Shown in pieces: positions 16,895-25,628 of a stretch of 32,000 nucleotides of DNA. How positions within the stretch are numbered: position 1 is the stretch's first letter; each line of letters starts with the position of its first letter. The translations under genes and the position numbers were made by a program. The stretch is taken from assembly GCF_018361265.1 (NCBI RefSeq), contig NZ_JAFLNH010000003.1:104501-136500 (forward strand), read 5' to 3'. Under the pieces are notes generated by a model. The model was not told the DNA's origin, did no database searches, and was given only the letters and a program-made list of their open reading frames with translations. Source of the DNA: Mycobacterium sp. SM1. Lineage in GTDB: Bacteria > Actinomycetota > Actinomycetes > Mycobacteriales > Mycobacteriaceae.

Positions 16895-17491
16895 ATGAGC
16901 GCACCGCGGATCGGGGTCCTGGCGCTGCAGGGCGACACCCGCGAGCACCTGGCGGCCCTCGGGGAAGCCGGTGCGGAGCCGCTGCCGGTGCGCCGTCGCG
17001 GCGACCTGGACAGCGTGGACGCACTGGTGATTCCCGGCGGGGAGTCGACGACGATGAGCCATCTGCTGCGCGAGTTCGGCCTGCTGGAGCCGTTGCGGGC
17101 CCGGCTGGCCGGCGGGTTACCCGCGTATGGGGTGTGCGCCGGAATGATCCTGCTGGCCAGTGAAATCCTCGACGCGGGCGCGGCCGGCCGGGAGGCGGTG
17201 CCGCTGCATGCCATCGATATGACCGTGCGGCGCAACGCTTTTGGGCGGCAGGTTGACTCGTTTGAAGGTGACATCGCGTTCGCGGGCCTAACGGCTCCGG
17301 TGCGGGCGGTGTTCATCCGCGCACCGTGGGTGGAGCGCGCCGGTCCGGATGTGCGGGTGCTGGCCCGTGCGGGTGGTCACATCGTCGCGGTGCGCCAGGG
17401 CCCGATGCTGGCGACGGCCTTTCACCCGGAGATGACCGGCGACCGGCGCATTCACCGGTTGTTCGTCGACATCGTCAACGGCAAGGCGTAG
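16895..17491 (+). CDS. pdxT: pyridoxal 5'-phosphate synthase glutaminase subunit PdxT
   Basis: The track ORF is trimmed to the ATG at 16895 ([18 protein letters not shown]...), 198 aa as in Mtb PdxT. The catalytic Cys context is [10 protein letters not shown], and FHPE is near the C-terminus. Confidence 0.93.
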   Translation: MSAPRIGVLALQGDTREHLAALGEAGAEPLPVRRRGDLDSVDALVIPGGESTTMSHLLREFGLLEPLRARLAGGLPAYGVCAGMILLASEILDAGAAGREAVPLHAIDMTVRRNAFGRQVDSFEGDIAFAGLTAPVRAVFIRAPWVERAGPDVRVLARAGGHIVAVRQGPMLATAFHPEMTGDRRIHRLFVDIVNGKA

Positions 17492-17603
17492 CGGCACCAA
17501 CCTGGGTGGGTTGTGTTCGGCTCACGGCCAAACGACCGCTGCCGTGCTCCCACGTAGACTCGTCTGGCCAAGGACAAGCAGCGGGATTTGAGATAGGACG
17601 GCG

Positions 17604-18359
17604 ATGAGCGGCCATTCCAAGTGGGCCACCACCAAGCACAAGAAGGCCGTCATCGACGCTCGCCGCGGCAAGATGTTCGCCCGGCTGATCAAGAACATCG
17701 AGGTCGCGGCCCGTGTCGGTGGCGGTGACCCGGCGGGGAACCCCACGCTGTATGACGCCATCCAGAAGGCCAAGAAGAACTCGGTGCCCAACGAGAACAT
17801 CGAGCGGGCCCGGCGGCGGGGGGCCGGCGAAGAGGCCGGCGGTGCTGACTATCAGACCATCATCTATGAGGGCTACGCCCCCAACGGTGTCGCGGTGTTA
17901 ATCGAGTGCCTGACCGACAACCGCAACCGGGCCGCCAGCGAGGTGCGGGTGGCGATGACCCGCAATGGCGGCACCATGGCCGATCCCGGGTCGGTGTCTT
18001 ACCTGTTCGCCCGCAAGGGCGTGGTCGTCTTGGACAAGAACGGCCTGACCGAGGACGACGTGCTGGCGGCGGTGCTGGACGCCGGCGCCGAGGACGTCAA
18101 CGACCTGGGTGACAGCTTCGAGATCGTCTCCGAGCCGGGTGATCTGCTCGCCGTGCGGACCGCGCTGCAGAACGCCGGCATCGATTACGAGTCCGCCGAG
18201 GCGAGCTTTCAGCCGTCGGTCAGCGTGCCCGTCGATCTGGAGGGCGCCCGCAAGGTGTTCAAACTCGTCGAGGCGCTCGAGGACAGCGACGAGGTGCAAA
18301 ACGTGTGGACCAATGTCGAGGTGTCCGACGAGGTGCTAGCCGCGCTGGAGGACGACTGA
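17604..18359 (+). CDS. yebC: YebC/PmpR family DNA-binding transcriptional regulator
   Basis: [37 protein letters not shown]... is the canonical YebC N-terminus. 251 aa, as for Mtb Rv2603c. Confidence 0.93.
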   Translation: MSGHSKWATTKHKKAVIDARRGKMFARLIKNIEVAARVGGGDPAGNPTLYDAIQKAKKNSVPNENIERARRRGAGEEAGGADYQTIIYEGYAPNGVAVLIECLTDNRNRAASEVRVAMTRNGGTMADPGSVSYLFARKGVVVLDKNGLTEDDVLAAVLDAGAEDVNDLGDSFEIVSEPGDLLAVRTALQNAGIDYESAEASFQPSVSVPVDLEGARKVFKLVEALEDSDEVQNVWTNVEVSDEVLAALEDD

Positions 18360-18546
18360 GCGACACTTCGCCGGAACGCCCGAAAACGCCCGGCTGGGAA
18401 ATCGCCTCTCTGGGACCCACCCACCAGCTCGGTGTCGGCGTTTCGTCATGCCCGGGAACGGCTGGCAGCCGATCTCGCGGTCGATGTTGTGGCCAGCGCA
18501 GTTCTCAGCGCGCCAGCTCAACCGCTACCCGCAACCGCTGGTATGT

Positions 18547-18574
18547 GTTGAGCGCGCGCGGCTCGCGCGCCAAC
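18547..18574. other. GC-rich hairpin in the yebC-ruvC spacer
   Basis: GTTGAGCGCGCG-CGGCT-CGCGCGCCAAC forms 11 bp with one bulged A. There is no U-tract and it lies about 190 nt downstream of the yebC stop. Confidence 0.3.
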
Positions 18575-18671
18575 AGCGTTGCTGCGGCGGCTTTCGCCGT
18601 CAACCCGACCAGGGCGGCCGCAATGGAGCCCGAATGGAGTCTGCGGGCACGGGCGTGTCCTGCCGGCCGGC

Positions 18672-18692
18672 GTCGGTCCCGCCCACTAGGGT
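18672..18692 (+). promoter_or_regulatory. candidate ruvC promoter resembling the mycobacterial RecA-independent (RecA-NDp / PafBC-type) damage-inducible motif
   Basis: GTCGGTC (18672-18678), N8, TAGGGT (18687-18692), compared with the recalled consensus tTGTCRgtg-N8-TAnnnT. The core GTCGGT, the spacing and TAnnnT match; three flanking positions do not. Confidence 0.35.
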
Positions 18693-18693
18693 A

Positions 18694-18709
18694 TCGAACA
18701 ATAGTTCGT
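18694..18709 (+). promoter_or_regulatory. LexA SOS box upstream of ruvC
   Basis: TCGAAC-AATA-GTTCGT matches the mycobacterial SOS box TCGAAC-N4-GTTCGA at 11 of 12 positions. It lies immediately after the -10-like TAGGGT and 18 nt upstream of the ruvC ATG. Confidence 0.65.
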
Positions 18710-18726
18710 CATTCAGGGAGGCTGAC

Positions 18727-19281
18727 ATGCGTGTGATGGGAGTCGACCCCGGGCTGACGCGCTGTGGCCTGTCCGTGGTGGAGACCGGTCGGGGCAGACA
18801 GGTCACTGCCCTAGACGTCGACGTCGTGCGCACACCCGCCGACCAACCGCTGCCCCGGCGGCTGATGACCCTCAGCGATGCCGTCGAGCACTGGCTGGAC
18901 ACCCACCACCCCGACGTGATCGCTATCGAGCGGGTGTTTTCCCAGCTGAACGTGTCCACGGTGATGGGTACCGCCCAGGCCGGTGGTGTGATCGCGTTGG
19001 CGGCAGCCAAACGCGACATCGACGTGCGTTTCCACACCCCCAGCGAGGTGAAAGCAGCGGTCACCGGCAATGGCGGGGCCGACAAAGCGCAGGTCACCGA
19101 GATGGTCACTAGAATCCTTGCGCTGCAAGCCAAACCGACACCGCCCGATGCCGCCGACGCACTGGCTTTAGCGATCTGCCACTGCTGGCGCGCCCCGATG
19201 CTCGCCCGGACGGCCGCGGCCGAAGCCAAGGCAGCCGAGCGGCGCAAGAAGTTCGCCGCGAAAGTCAGGGCCGCCCGATGA
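18727..19281 (+). CDS. ruvC: crossover junction endodeoxyribonuclease RuvC
   Basis: The track ORF is trimmed to the ATG at 18727 ([14 protein letters not shown]...), with GGGAGG upstream. The upstream part of the track ORF has a non-protein-like Trp/Cys/Gln/Arg-rich composition. Confidence 0.93.
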   Translation: MRVMGVDPGLTRCGLSVVETGRGRQVTALDVDVVRTPADQPLPRRLMTLSDAVEHWLDTHHPDVIAIERVFSQLNVSTVMGTAQAGGVIALAAAKRDIDVRFHTPSEVKAAVTGNGGADKAQVTEMVTRILALQAKPTPPDAADALALAICHCWRAPMLARTAAAEAKAAERRKKFAAKVRAAR

Positions 19282-19877
19282 TCGCCTCGGTTCGCGGGGA
19301 GGTGCTCGACGTCGCGCTGGACCATGTCGTCATCGAAGCCGCCGGCGTGGGCTACACGATCATGGCCACGCCGGCCACGCTGGCGACGCTGCGGCGAGGC
19401 GGCGAGGCCCGGCTCATCACCGCGATGATCGTCCGCGACGATTCGATGACGCTGTATGGCTTCACCGACACCGACACCCGCGATTTGTTTCTGACCTTGT
19501 TGGGGGTCTCCGGTGTCGGACCCAAGATCGCGCTGGCCACGCTGGCGGTGTACGACGCGGCGGCGCTGCGGCAGGTGCTCGCCGACGGCGATGTGACCGC
19601 GCTGACCCGGGTGCCCGGTATCGGCAGACGGGGTGCCGAGCGGATGGTCTTGGAGCTACGCGACAAGGTGGGGCCCGCGACCCCGGGAACGGCGACGGTC
19701 AACGGTCACGCGGTGCGCGCACCCGTCGTGGATGCTCTTGTGGGACTTGGTTTTGCGGTCAGGCAGGCGGAGGAGGCAACCGATAAGGTGCTGGCCGGTT
19801 TCACCGGGCGCGCCGACGGGGTCAGCACGTCAAGCGCGCTGCGGGCCGCGCTGTCGCTGTTGGGGAAGGCGAAGTGA
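19278..19877 (+). CDS. ruvA: Holliday junction branch migration complex subunit RuvA
   Basis: [12 protein letters not shown]...GVGY signature with helix-hairpin-helix motifs ([18 protein letters not shown]). ATGA overlap with ruvC. Confidence 0.93.
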   Translation: MIASVRGEVLDVALDHVVIEAAGVGYTIMATPATLATLRRGGEARLITAMIVRDDSMTLYGFTDTDTRDLFLTLLGVSGVGPKIALATLAVYDAAALRQVLADGDVTALTRVPGIGRRGAERMVLELRDKVGPATPGTATVNGHAVRAPVVDALVGLGFAVRQAEEATDKVLAGFTGRADGVSTSSALRAALSLLGKAK

Positions 19878-20932
19878 GCCGCTTAGGGGAGCAGGAGACC
19901 GCCGAGCGGGAGGTCTCGGCCGCGTTGCGGGTTGGGGAAGCCGATGCGGACGCCGGCCTGAGGCCGCGCTCGCTGCGGGAGTTCATCGGCCAGTCGCGGG
20001 TGCGTGAGCAGCTGCAGCTGGTCATCGAGGGCGCCAAGAACCGCGGCAGCGCGCCGGATCACATTCTGCTTTCCGGGCCCCCCGGGCTGGGCAAGACGTC
20101 GCTGGCGATGATCATCGCCGCCGAACTCGGGTCCTCGCTGCGGGTGACCTCGGGGCCCGCGCTCGAGCGCGCGGGTGACCTCGCGGCCATGCTGTCCAAC
20201 CTCGTCGAACACGACGTGCTGTTCATCGACGAAATCCATCGCATTGCGCGGCCGGCCGAGGAGATGCTGTATTTGGCGATGGAGGATTTCCGGGTCGATG
20301 TCGTCGTGGGCAAGGGCCCCGGTGCGACGTCGATTCCGTTGGAGGTCGCGCCGTTCACCCTGGTCGGCGCCACCACCCGCTCCGGCGCGCTGACCGGCCC
20401 GCTGCGGGACCGGTTCGGCTTCACCGCGCATCTGGATTTCTACGAGCCCGCCGAACTGGAGCGGGTGCTGGCCCGCTCGGCGGGAATCCTGGGCATCGAG
20501 CTGGGCGCCGAGGCCGCGCAGGAGATCGCGCGACGCTCGCGGGGGACCCCACGGATCGCCAACCGGCTGCTGCGCCGGGTGCGTGACTTCGCGGAGGTGC
20601 GGGCCGACGGCGTCATCACCCGCGACGTCGCCAAGTCCGCCTTGGAGGTCTACGACGTTGACGAACTCGGGCTGGACCGGCTGGACCGCGCCGTGCTCTC
20701 GGCGCTGACCCGCAGCTTCGGTGGCGGGCCGGTCGGGGTGTCGACGCTGGCGGTCGCGGTGGGCGAGGAGGCCACCACCGTGGAGGAGGTATGCGAGCCG
20801 TTTTTGGTGCGCGCCGGCATGATTGCGCGCACCCCGCGGGGCCGGGTGGCGACCCCGCAGGCCTGGACCCACCTGGGCATGGTGCCCCCGGCCGGGGTCA
20901 GCGGCCTGGGACAGCCCGGCCTGTTCGACTAG
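19874..20932 (+). CDS. ruvB: Holliday junction branch migration DNA helicase RuvB
   Basis: Walker A is GPPGLGKTS and Walker B is VLFIDEIH. It is near-identical to Mtb RuvB as recalled. GTGA overlap with ruvA. Confidence 0.95.
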   Translation: MSRLGEQETAEREVSAALRVGEADADAGLRPRSLREFIGQSRVREQLQLVIEGAKNRGSAPDHILLSGPPGLGKTSLAMIIAAELGSSLRVTSGPALERAGDLAAMLSNLVEHDVLFIDEIHRIARPAEEMLYLAMEDFRVDVVVGKGPGATSIPLEVAPFTLVGATTRSGALTGPLRDRFGFTAHLDFYEPAELERVLARSAGILGIELGAEAAQEIARRSRGTPRIANRLLRRVRDFAEVRADGVITRDVAKSALEVYDVDELGLDRLDRAVLSALTRSFGGGPVGVSTLAVAVGEEATTVEEVCEPFLVRAGMIARTPRGRVATPQAWTHLGMVPPAGVSGLGQPGLFD

Positions 20933-20962
20933 CCACCAAAGATCGCTCGCTTGCAACGGCAA

Positions 20963-22312
20963 TTACCGGTCGGCCAGGATCGAGGCCAGCACGTCAAGAC
21001 CCTCGTTAAGCAGTTCGTCGCTGATGCTCAGCGGCGGCAGGAACCGCAGCACATTGCGGAACGTGCCCGCCGTCAACACGATGACCCCGGCGGCGCGGGC
21101 GGCGCCGGCCAGCTTCGCGGTGAGCTCGGCGTCCGGGTCGGCGGCAGCGGGCCGCACCAGCTCGACGGCGATCATCGCCCCACGGCCGCGGATGTCGCCG
21201 ATTCGGTCGTCGGCCGCCTGCAGCCGGCCCAGGCGGTCCTTCATCAGCTTTTCGATCTGCCGGGCCCGCTCGATCAAGCCGTCACGTTCGATGGTCTCGA
21301 TAGTCGCCAGCGCGGCCGCGCACGCGATCGGGTTGCCGCCGAACGTGCCACCGAGGCCGCCGACATGCACGGCATCGATGACCTCGGCGCGCCCCGTCAC
21401 CGCCGAGAGCGGCAGCCCGTCGGCGATTCCTTTGGCCGTGCAGATCAGGTCGGGCTCGATGCCCTCGTGTTCGCAGGCGAACATGGCGCCGGTGCGGGCG
21501 AAACCGGTCTGCACCTCGTCGGCGATGAACACCACGTCGTTGTCGGCGCACCAGGTCCGCAGCGCGGGCAGAAACCCGTCGGCGGGGACGATAAACCCGC
21601 CTTCTCCCTGGATCGGTTCGATGATAAGGGCCGCCAGGTTGGCGGCACCGACCTGCTTGTCGATGACCTCCAGCGCGCGCTCGGCCGCTAGCCGTCCGTC
21701 GGTGGCGAGCCGCTTGTCGACCAGCGCGTCCCGATACGGGTAGGACAGCGGCGCCCGGTAGATCTCCGGCGCAAACGGGCCGAAGCCGCTTTTGTAGGGC
21801 ATCGACTGGGCGGTCAACGCCATCGTCAGGTTGGTGCGGCCATGGTAGGCGTGGCCGAACGCGACCACGGCGGTCCTGCGGGTGTACGACCGGGCGATCT
21901 TGATGGCGTTCTCCACCGCCTCGGCACCGGAGTTGAACAGCACCGAGCGCTTGTCGTCGCCGCCGGGAGTGATGCGGTTAAGCTGCTCGGCGACCGCAAC
22001 ATAGCCCTCGTACGGCGTCACCATAAAGCAGGTGTGGGTGAAACGCGCCACCTGGGCGCGCACCGCGTCGACGACCCGCGGCGCCGCGTTGCCGATCGTG
22101 GTTACCGCAATGCCTGAGCCCAGGTCGATGAGCCGGTTGCCGTCCACGTCCTCGACGATGCCGCCTTCGGCGCGCGCGGCGTACACCGGCATGGCGCTGC
22201 CCACACCGCGGGCCACCGCCGCCGCCCGCCGTTTGGCCAGCTCCAGCGATGCCGGACCGGGAATGTCGGTGACGAGGCGTCGGCGCTGTTCGAGAGCGGG
22301 CACGGGGATCAC
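20963..22312 (-). CDS. gabT: 4-aminobutyrate--2-oxoglutarate aminotransferase
   Basis: 449 aa class III aminotransferase, colinear with Mtb GabT as recalled (RRLVT.IPGPAS..., FIADEVQTGFARTG, CTAKGIADGLPLSAV with the PLP lysine). Confidence 0.93.
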   Translation of the reverse strand: MIPVPALEQRRRLVTDIPGPASLELAKRRAAAVARGVGSAMPVYAARAEGGIVEDVDGNRLIDLGSGIAVTTIGNAAPRVVDAVRAQVARFTHTCFMVTPYEGYVAVAEQLNRITPGGDDKRSVLFNSGAEAVENAIKIARSYTRRTAVVAFGHAYHGRTNLTMALTAQSMPYKSGFGPFAPEIYRAPLSYPYRDALVDKRLATDGRLAAERALEVIDKQVGAANLAALIIEPIQGEGGFIVPADGFLPALRTWCADNDVVFIADEVQTGFARTGAMFACEHEGIEPDLICTAKGIADGLPLSAVTGRAEVIDAVHVGGLGGTFGGNPIACAAALATIETIERDGLIERARQIEKLMKDRLGRLQAADDRIGDIRGRGAMIAVELVRPAAADPDAELTAKLAGAARAAGVIVLTAGTFRNVLRFLPPLSISDELLNEGLDVLASILADR

Positions 22313-22416
22313 CTTACGGGCGTCGAGCGCGCGCCGGCGACATTGAACGCCCTGGACTGCGGTACCGGCGCTACTGGATGCGCACCGGTGTCACGGCCGG
22401 CACGCTCGCGCCGACA

Positions 22417-23100
22417 CTACGACCCGCCGAACACCGGCCCGTTGACCGAATCGACCCGGGCAAACGAGCTGACGGGGGCGCGGCTGAGCCGGCGCGGCTG
22501 GTGCACCGGGTATCCCAGGGTGATCACCGCGGCCAGAGCCAGCGGGTCAGCCGCTCCTAGGAGCGCTTTCACCCGCGGCTCGTCGCGGATCAGGATGGTG
22601 GTGATGACACCGCCTAGCCCTTCGCCGCGGGCCGCCAGCAAGATGCTCCAGGCGAACGGATAGATCGAGGCGCCACCCGCGAACGAATACCGCGAGGCAT
22701 CCCGGTCCGTGGCCGCCAGCAGCGAGAGGTCCACAAACAGCGCCAGCAGGGCCGGGGCGTCGCCGAACCGCTCGGCGAAGCCCGGGCCGGCCGGCGTGTC
22801 GCCGGCGGGGGCCGCCGCCAGCGCGCGCGCCTCGGCGTCACGGTCGTTGGTTGGCGCCCAGGGGCGCAGGCCGGCGGCGGTCATGGCCAGGTATTGACGC
22901 CAACCCCGCACGTACATGTCGCGCAGTTGGCGACGCGTCGCGGGATCTTTGACGACCACGACCCGCCAGGCCTGCGCGTTGCCGCCGCTGGGCGCAAACC
23001 GCGCGGTGTCAAGCACGCGGGCCAGCACGGTGTCGTCGACGGGCTGGTCACGAAATTCGCGGACCGCGCCGGTCGTACGCAGGGCCTCGGTGAGTTCCAT
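22417..23100 (-). CDS. nitroreductase family (FMN-dependent) protein
   Basis: 227 aa. The typical nitroreductase N-terminus is RTTGAVREFRDQPVDDTVLARVLDTARFAPSGGNAQAWRVVVV. It lies 104 bp upstream of gabT on the same strand. Confidence 0.8.
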   Translation of the reverse strand: MELTEALRTTGAVREFRDQPVDDTVLARVLDTARFAPSGGNAQAWRVVVVKDPATRRQLRDMYVRGWRQYLAMTAAGLRPWAPTNDRDAEARALAAAPAGDTPAGPGFAERFGDAPALLALFVDLSLLAATDRDASRYSFAGGASIYPFAWSILLAARGEGLGGVITTILIRDEPRVKALLGAADPLALAAVITLGYPVHQPRRLSRAPVSSFARVDSVNGPVFGGS

Positions 23101-23270
23101 CGGCTATCGGCGCGCCAGCACGCCGACGCCGGGACGCACCAGAGCGGCCATCTCCTGGCGCCGCCGGCGCCGGTGAGCACCCGGCGGCATCGCGGTTCCC
23201 GGCGAGAGCGGATCCACACTACTGCGCAGCACAACGCAGTTGTCCCACGCTTGCGCCGGCGGGTCAAGCC

Positions 23271-23347
23271 CCGGGCGGTACCGGTTGTCCTCGGGGGCGG
23301 CGATGGCAGACTGTCAGCTACGGGGCTCCTGACCGGTACCGCTCCGG
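23271..23347 (+). other. long inverted repeat (15-bp stem with one bulge, about 46-nt interior) in the yajC upstream region
   Basis: CCGGGCGGTACCGGT (23271-23285) pairs with ACCGGTACCGCTCCGG (23332-23347). The inner 11 bp, GCGGTACCGGT/ACCGGTACCGC, are perfect. Confidence 0.45.
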
Positions 23348-23348
23348 C

Positions 23349-23418
23349 GCCGGGAAAAGACCTGCCGGGGGACGACCCGCCGGGAAAAGACCCACGGGAA
23401 AGACCGATAGGAAAGATC
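23349..23418 (+). repeat. degenerate tandem array, 5 copies of a 13-15-bp unit (consensus GCCGGGAAAGACC)
   Basis: The copies are GCCGGGAAAAGACC (23349-62), GCCGGGGGACGACC (23364-77), GCCGGGAAAAGACC (23379-92), CACGGGAAAGACC (23393-405) and GATAGGAAAGATC (23406-18). The array ends 9 nt before the yajC ATG. Confidence 0.7.
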
Positions 23419-23427
23419 GCTGCCGCC

Positions 23428-23772
23428 ATGGACCCAGTCGTCTTTTTGTTGCTGCTGCTTATCGTGATCGCGTCCATCTTTTATGCGTCGCGGCGGCAAA
23501 AACGGGCCATGCAGGCCACCATCAACCTGCAGGCATCACTGGATGTCGGCGACCGGGTGCTCACCACCTCCGGATTGCACGGGGTTATCACCGGAGTCAG
23601 CGATGACACGGTAGACCTGGAAATCGCGCCGGGTGTGGTGACCACCTGGATGAAGCTGGCCATCAAGGAGCGTATCGAGCCGGAAACCGCCGAAACCGCT
23701 GCGAATGAGGCCACCGGCGTCGACGTCGCCGACGGCGACACCGGGACCGCCGAGGTTGAACCGGAGACTTAA
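23428..23772 (+). CDS. yajC: preprotein translocase subunit YajC
   Basis: The track ORF is trimmed to the ATG at 23428. A TM helix (VVFLLLLLIVIASIFY) is followed by SRRQKRAMQATI...IAPGVVTTWMKLAI, colinear with Mtb YajC as recalled, and then an acidic tail. Confidence 0.9.
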   Translation: MDPVVFLLLLLIVIASIFYASRRQKRAMQATINLQASLDVGDRVLTTSGLHGVITGVSDDTVDLEIAPGVVTTWMKLAIKERIEPETAETAANEATGVDVADGDTGTAEVEPET

Positions 23773-23899
23773 GCCAGGCGTGAGCCTTGCCCGCGGGCAC
23801 GTAATCTTTGCGGGTGCAGTGGTGGCCGAGCCGGGAGCACGCGGGACGGTACCCGAACCGCGCCGGCGGAGCACGCATGAGGGAGGAGACTAAAACACC

Positions 23900-25624
23900 G
23901 TGGCATCGCCTTCGGCCGTGCACCCCACCCGCTATCTGTCGGTGTTCGCGGTCCTGCTGATCGGCGTCTACTTGCTGGTGTTCTTGACCGGTGACAAGCG
24001 GGCTGAGCCCAAGCTCGGCATCGACCTACAAGGCGGTACCCGCGTCACGTTGACCGCGCGCACACCCGACGGCTCACCGCCGACGCGTGAGGCGCTGGCG
24101 CAGGCGCAGCAGATCATCAGCGCCCGGGTCAACGGACTGGGTGTTTCCGGCTCAGAGGTCGTCATCGACGGTGACAACCTGGTCATCACGGTGCCCGGGA
24201 ACAACGGCAACGAAGCGCGCAACCTGGGACAGACCGCGCGGCTTTACATCCGCCCGGTGATCAACGCGATACCGGCGCAGTCCGCTGCGAAAGCTGAACA
24301 GCCGCCGCCTCCCCCGCAGCAGCCGGCCAAGCCCGGACCGGATGCCCACCCGCCGGCCGCGCCCCCGGCGTCCCCCGCACCCCCGGCCCAGCCGCGGCCT
24401 TATCCGCTGGAGCCGACGCCCAGCCCAGCTCCGACACCACCGGGAGCCGGCGCGCCGGCGCCCGCGGCGCCGCCCGTCGCGCCGGGACCGCCGGATCCGC
24501 GCAAGGATCTCGCCGAGCGCATCGCCGAGGAGAAGAAGTGGCGGCAGAGCACCAACCCGACCATTCAGTTCCTGGCCCTGCAATTCGAAGCGACTCGCTG
24601 CGGCAGGGACGACATTCTGGCCGGCAACGATGACCCCAAGCTGCCTTTGGTGACCTGTTCCACCGACCACAAGACCGCCTACCTGCTGGCGCCGTCGATC
24701 ATCAGCGGTGACCAGATCCAAAACGCGACTTCCGGTTTCGACCAGCACAGCGGAGCCTACGTCGTCGACCTGCAGTTCAAGAGCGCAGCGGCCAACACGT
24801 GGGCCGATTTCACCGCCTCGCATGTGGGCACCCAAACCGCGTTCACCCTGGACTCGCAGGTGGTCAGCGCCCCGGTGATCCGGGAAGCGATCCCCGGTGG
24901 CCGGACCCAGATCACCGGGGATTTCACCGCCAGCACGGCACGCCAGCTGGCCAACGTCTTGAAGTATGGGTCGTTGCCGCTGTCGTTCGAGGCATCACAA
25001 GCTGAAACGGTTTCAGCGACATTGGGTTTGACGTCGCTTCGGGCAGGGCTGATCGCCGGTGCAATCGGGCTGGTCCTGGTGCTGGTTTACTCGCTGCTGT
25101 ACTACCGGGTGCTGGGTTTGCTTGCCACATTGTCATTAACGGCTTCCGGAGCAATGGTTTTCGCGATCCTGGTGCTCCTGGGCCGCTACATCGACTACAC
25201 CCTGGACCTGGCGGGCATCGCCGGCCTGATCATCGGTATCGGTACCACTGCCGACTCATTTGTGGTGTTCTTCGAGCGCATCAAAGACGAGATCCGGGAA
25301 GGGCGTTCGTTTCGCTCGGCGGTTCCGCGAGGTTGGGTGCGGGCCCGTAAGACGATTATGTCCGGTAACGCCGTCACGTTCCTGGCCGCCGCGGTGTTGT
25401 ACTTCCTGGCGATCGGCCAGGTGAAGGGATTCGCATTTACCTTGGGTCTCACCACGATGCTCGACACCGTCGTGGTGTTCTTGGTGACCTGGCCGCTGCT
25501 GTACCTGGCTTCCAAGTCCGTGACGCTGGCCAAGCCCGCATACAACGGGCTGGGAGCGGTGCAGCAAATCGCACGCGAACGTAGGGCCGTCGCTCATGCG
25601 AGGGCCCAGGCGGGACGGGAATAA
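23900..25624 (+). CDS. secD: protein translocase subunit SecD
   Basis: GTG start after GAGGGAGGAG. 574 aa, colinear with Mtb SecD as recalled, including the mycobacterial Pro/Ala-rich periplasmic insert (nt ~24290-24500). Confidence 0.95.
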   Translation: MASPSAVHPTRYLSVFAVLLIGVYLLVFLTGDKRAEPKLGIDLQGGTRVTLTARTPDGSPPTREALAQAQQIISARVNGLGVSGSEVVIDGDNLVITVPGNNGNEARNLGQTARLYIRPVINAIPAQSAAKAEQPPPPPQQPAKPGPDAHPPAAPPASPAPPAQPRPYPLEPTPSPAPTPPGAGAPAPAAPPVAPGPPDPRKDLAERIAEEKKWRQSTNPTIQFLALQFEATRCGRDDILAGNDDPKLPLVTCSTDHKTAYLLAPSIISGDQIQNATSGFDQHSGAYVVDLQFKSAAANTWADFTASHVGTQTAFTLDSQVVSAPVIREAIPGGRTQITGDFTASTARQLANVLKYGSLPLSFEASQAETVSATLGLTSLRAGLIAGAIGLVLVLVYSLLYYRVLGLLATLSLTASGAMVFAILVLLGRYIDYTLDLAGIAGLIIGIGTTADSFVVFFERIKDEIREGRSFRSAVPRGWVRARKTIMSGNAVTFLAAAVLYFLAIGQVKGFAFTLGLTTMLDTVVVFLVTWPLLYLASKSVTLAKPAYNGLGAVQQIARERRAVAHARAQAGRE

Positions 25625-25628
25625 CGAG

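Noticed and set aside
18492-18708. A minus-strand frame in the yebC-ruvC spacer reads ...[39 protein letters not shown]. It looks protein-like and could be a gene remnant or small ORF.
   Set aside because: There is no ATG or GTG start (only a TTG giving about 30 aa), no RBS, and the upstream part is Arg-rich noise overlapping the ruvC promoter. Ala/Leu/Arg-rich frames arise by chance at this GC content.
22894-23427. 5' extensions of track ORFs upstream of the real starts of yajC (22894), the lipoprotein (26755), thrS (5407), ruvC (18448), patA (8370), pdxT (16865) and secF (25596).
   Set aside because: The extensions have non-protein-like composition and overlap upstream genes or structured spacers. 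Orthologue N-termini and RBS positions support the internal starts used in the feature list.
23788-23799. A 12-bp perfect palindrome, TGCCCGCGGGCA, just after the yajC stop. An alternative pairing is CCCGC...GCGGG (23790-23815).
   Set aside because: It is too short and loop-less to call a terminator or attenuator, and yajC-secD are expected to be co-transcribed. It is noted only as a possible weak pause site.
24290-24500. Pro/Ala-rich low-complexity segment in secD that resembles a repeat region and generates overlapping spurious ORFs.
   Set aside because: This is a known feature of mycobacterial SecD periplasmic loops as I recall from the Mtb protein. It is in frame and is not an independent element.
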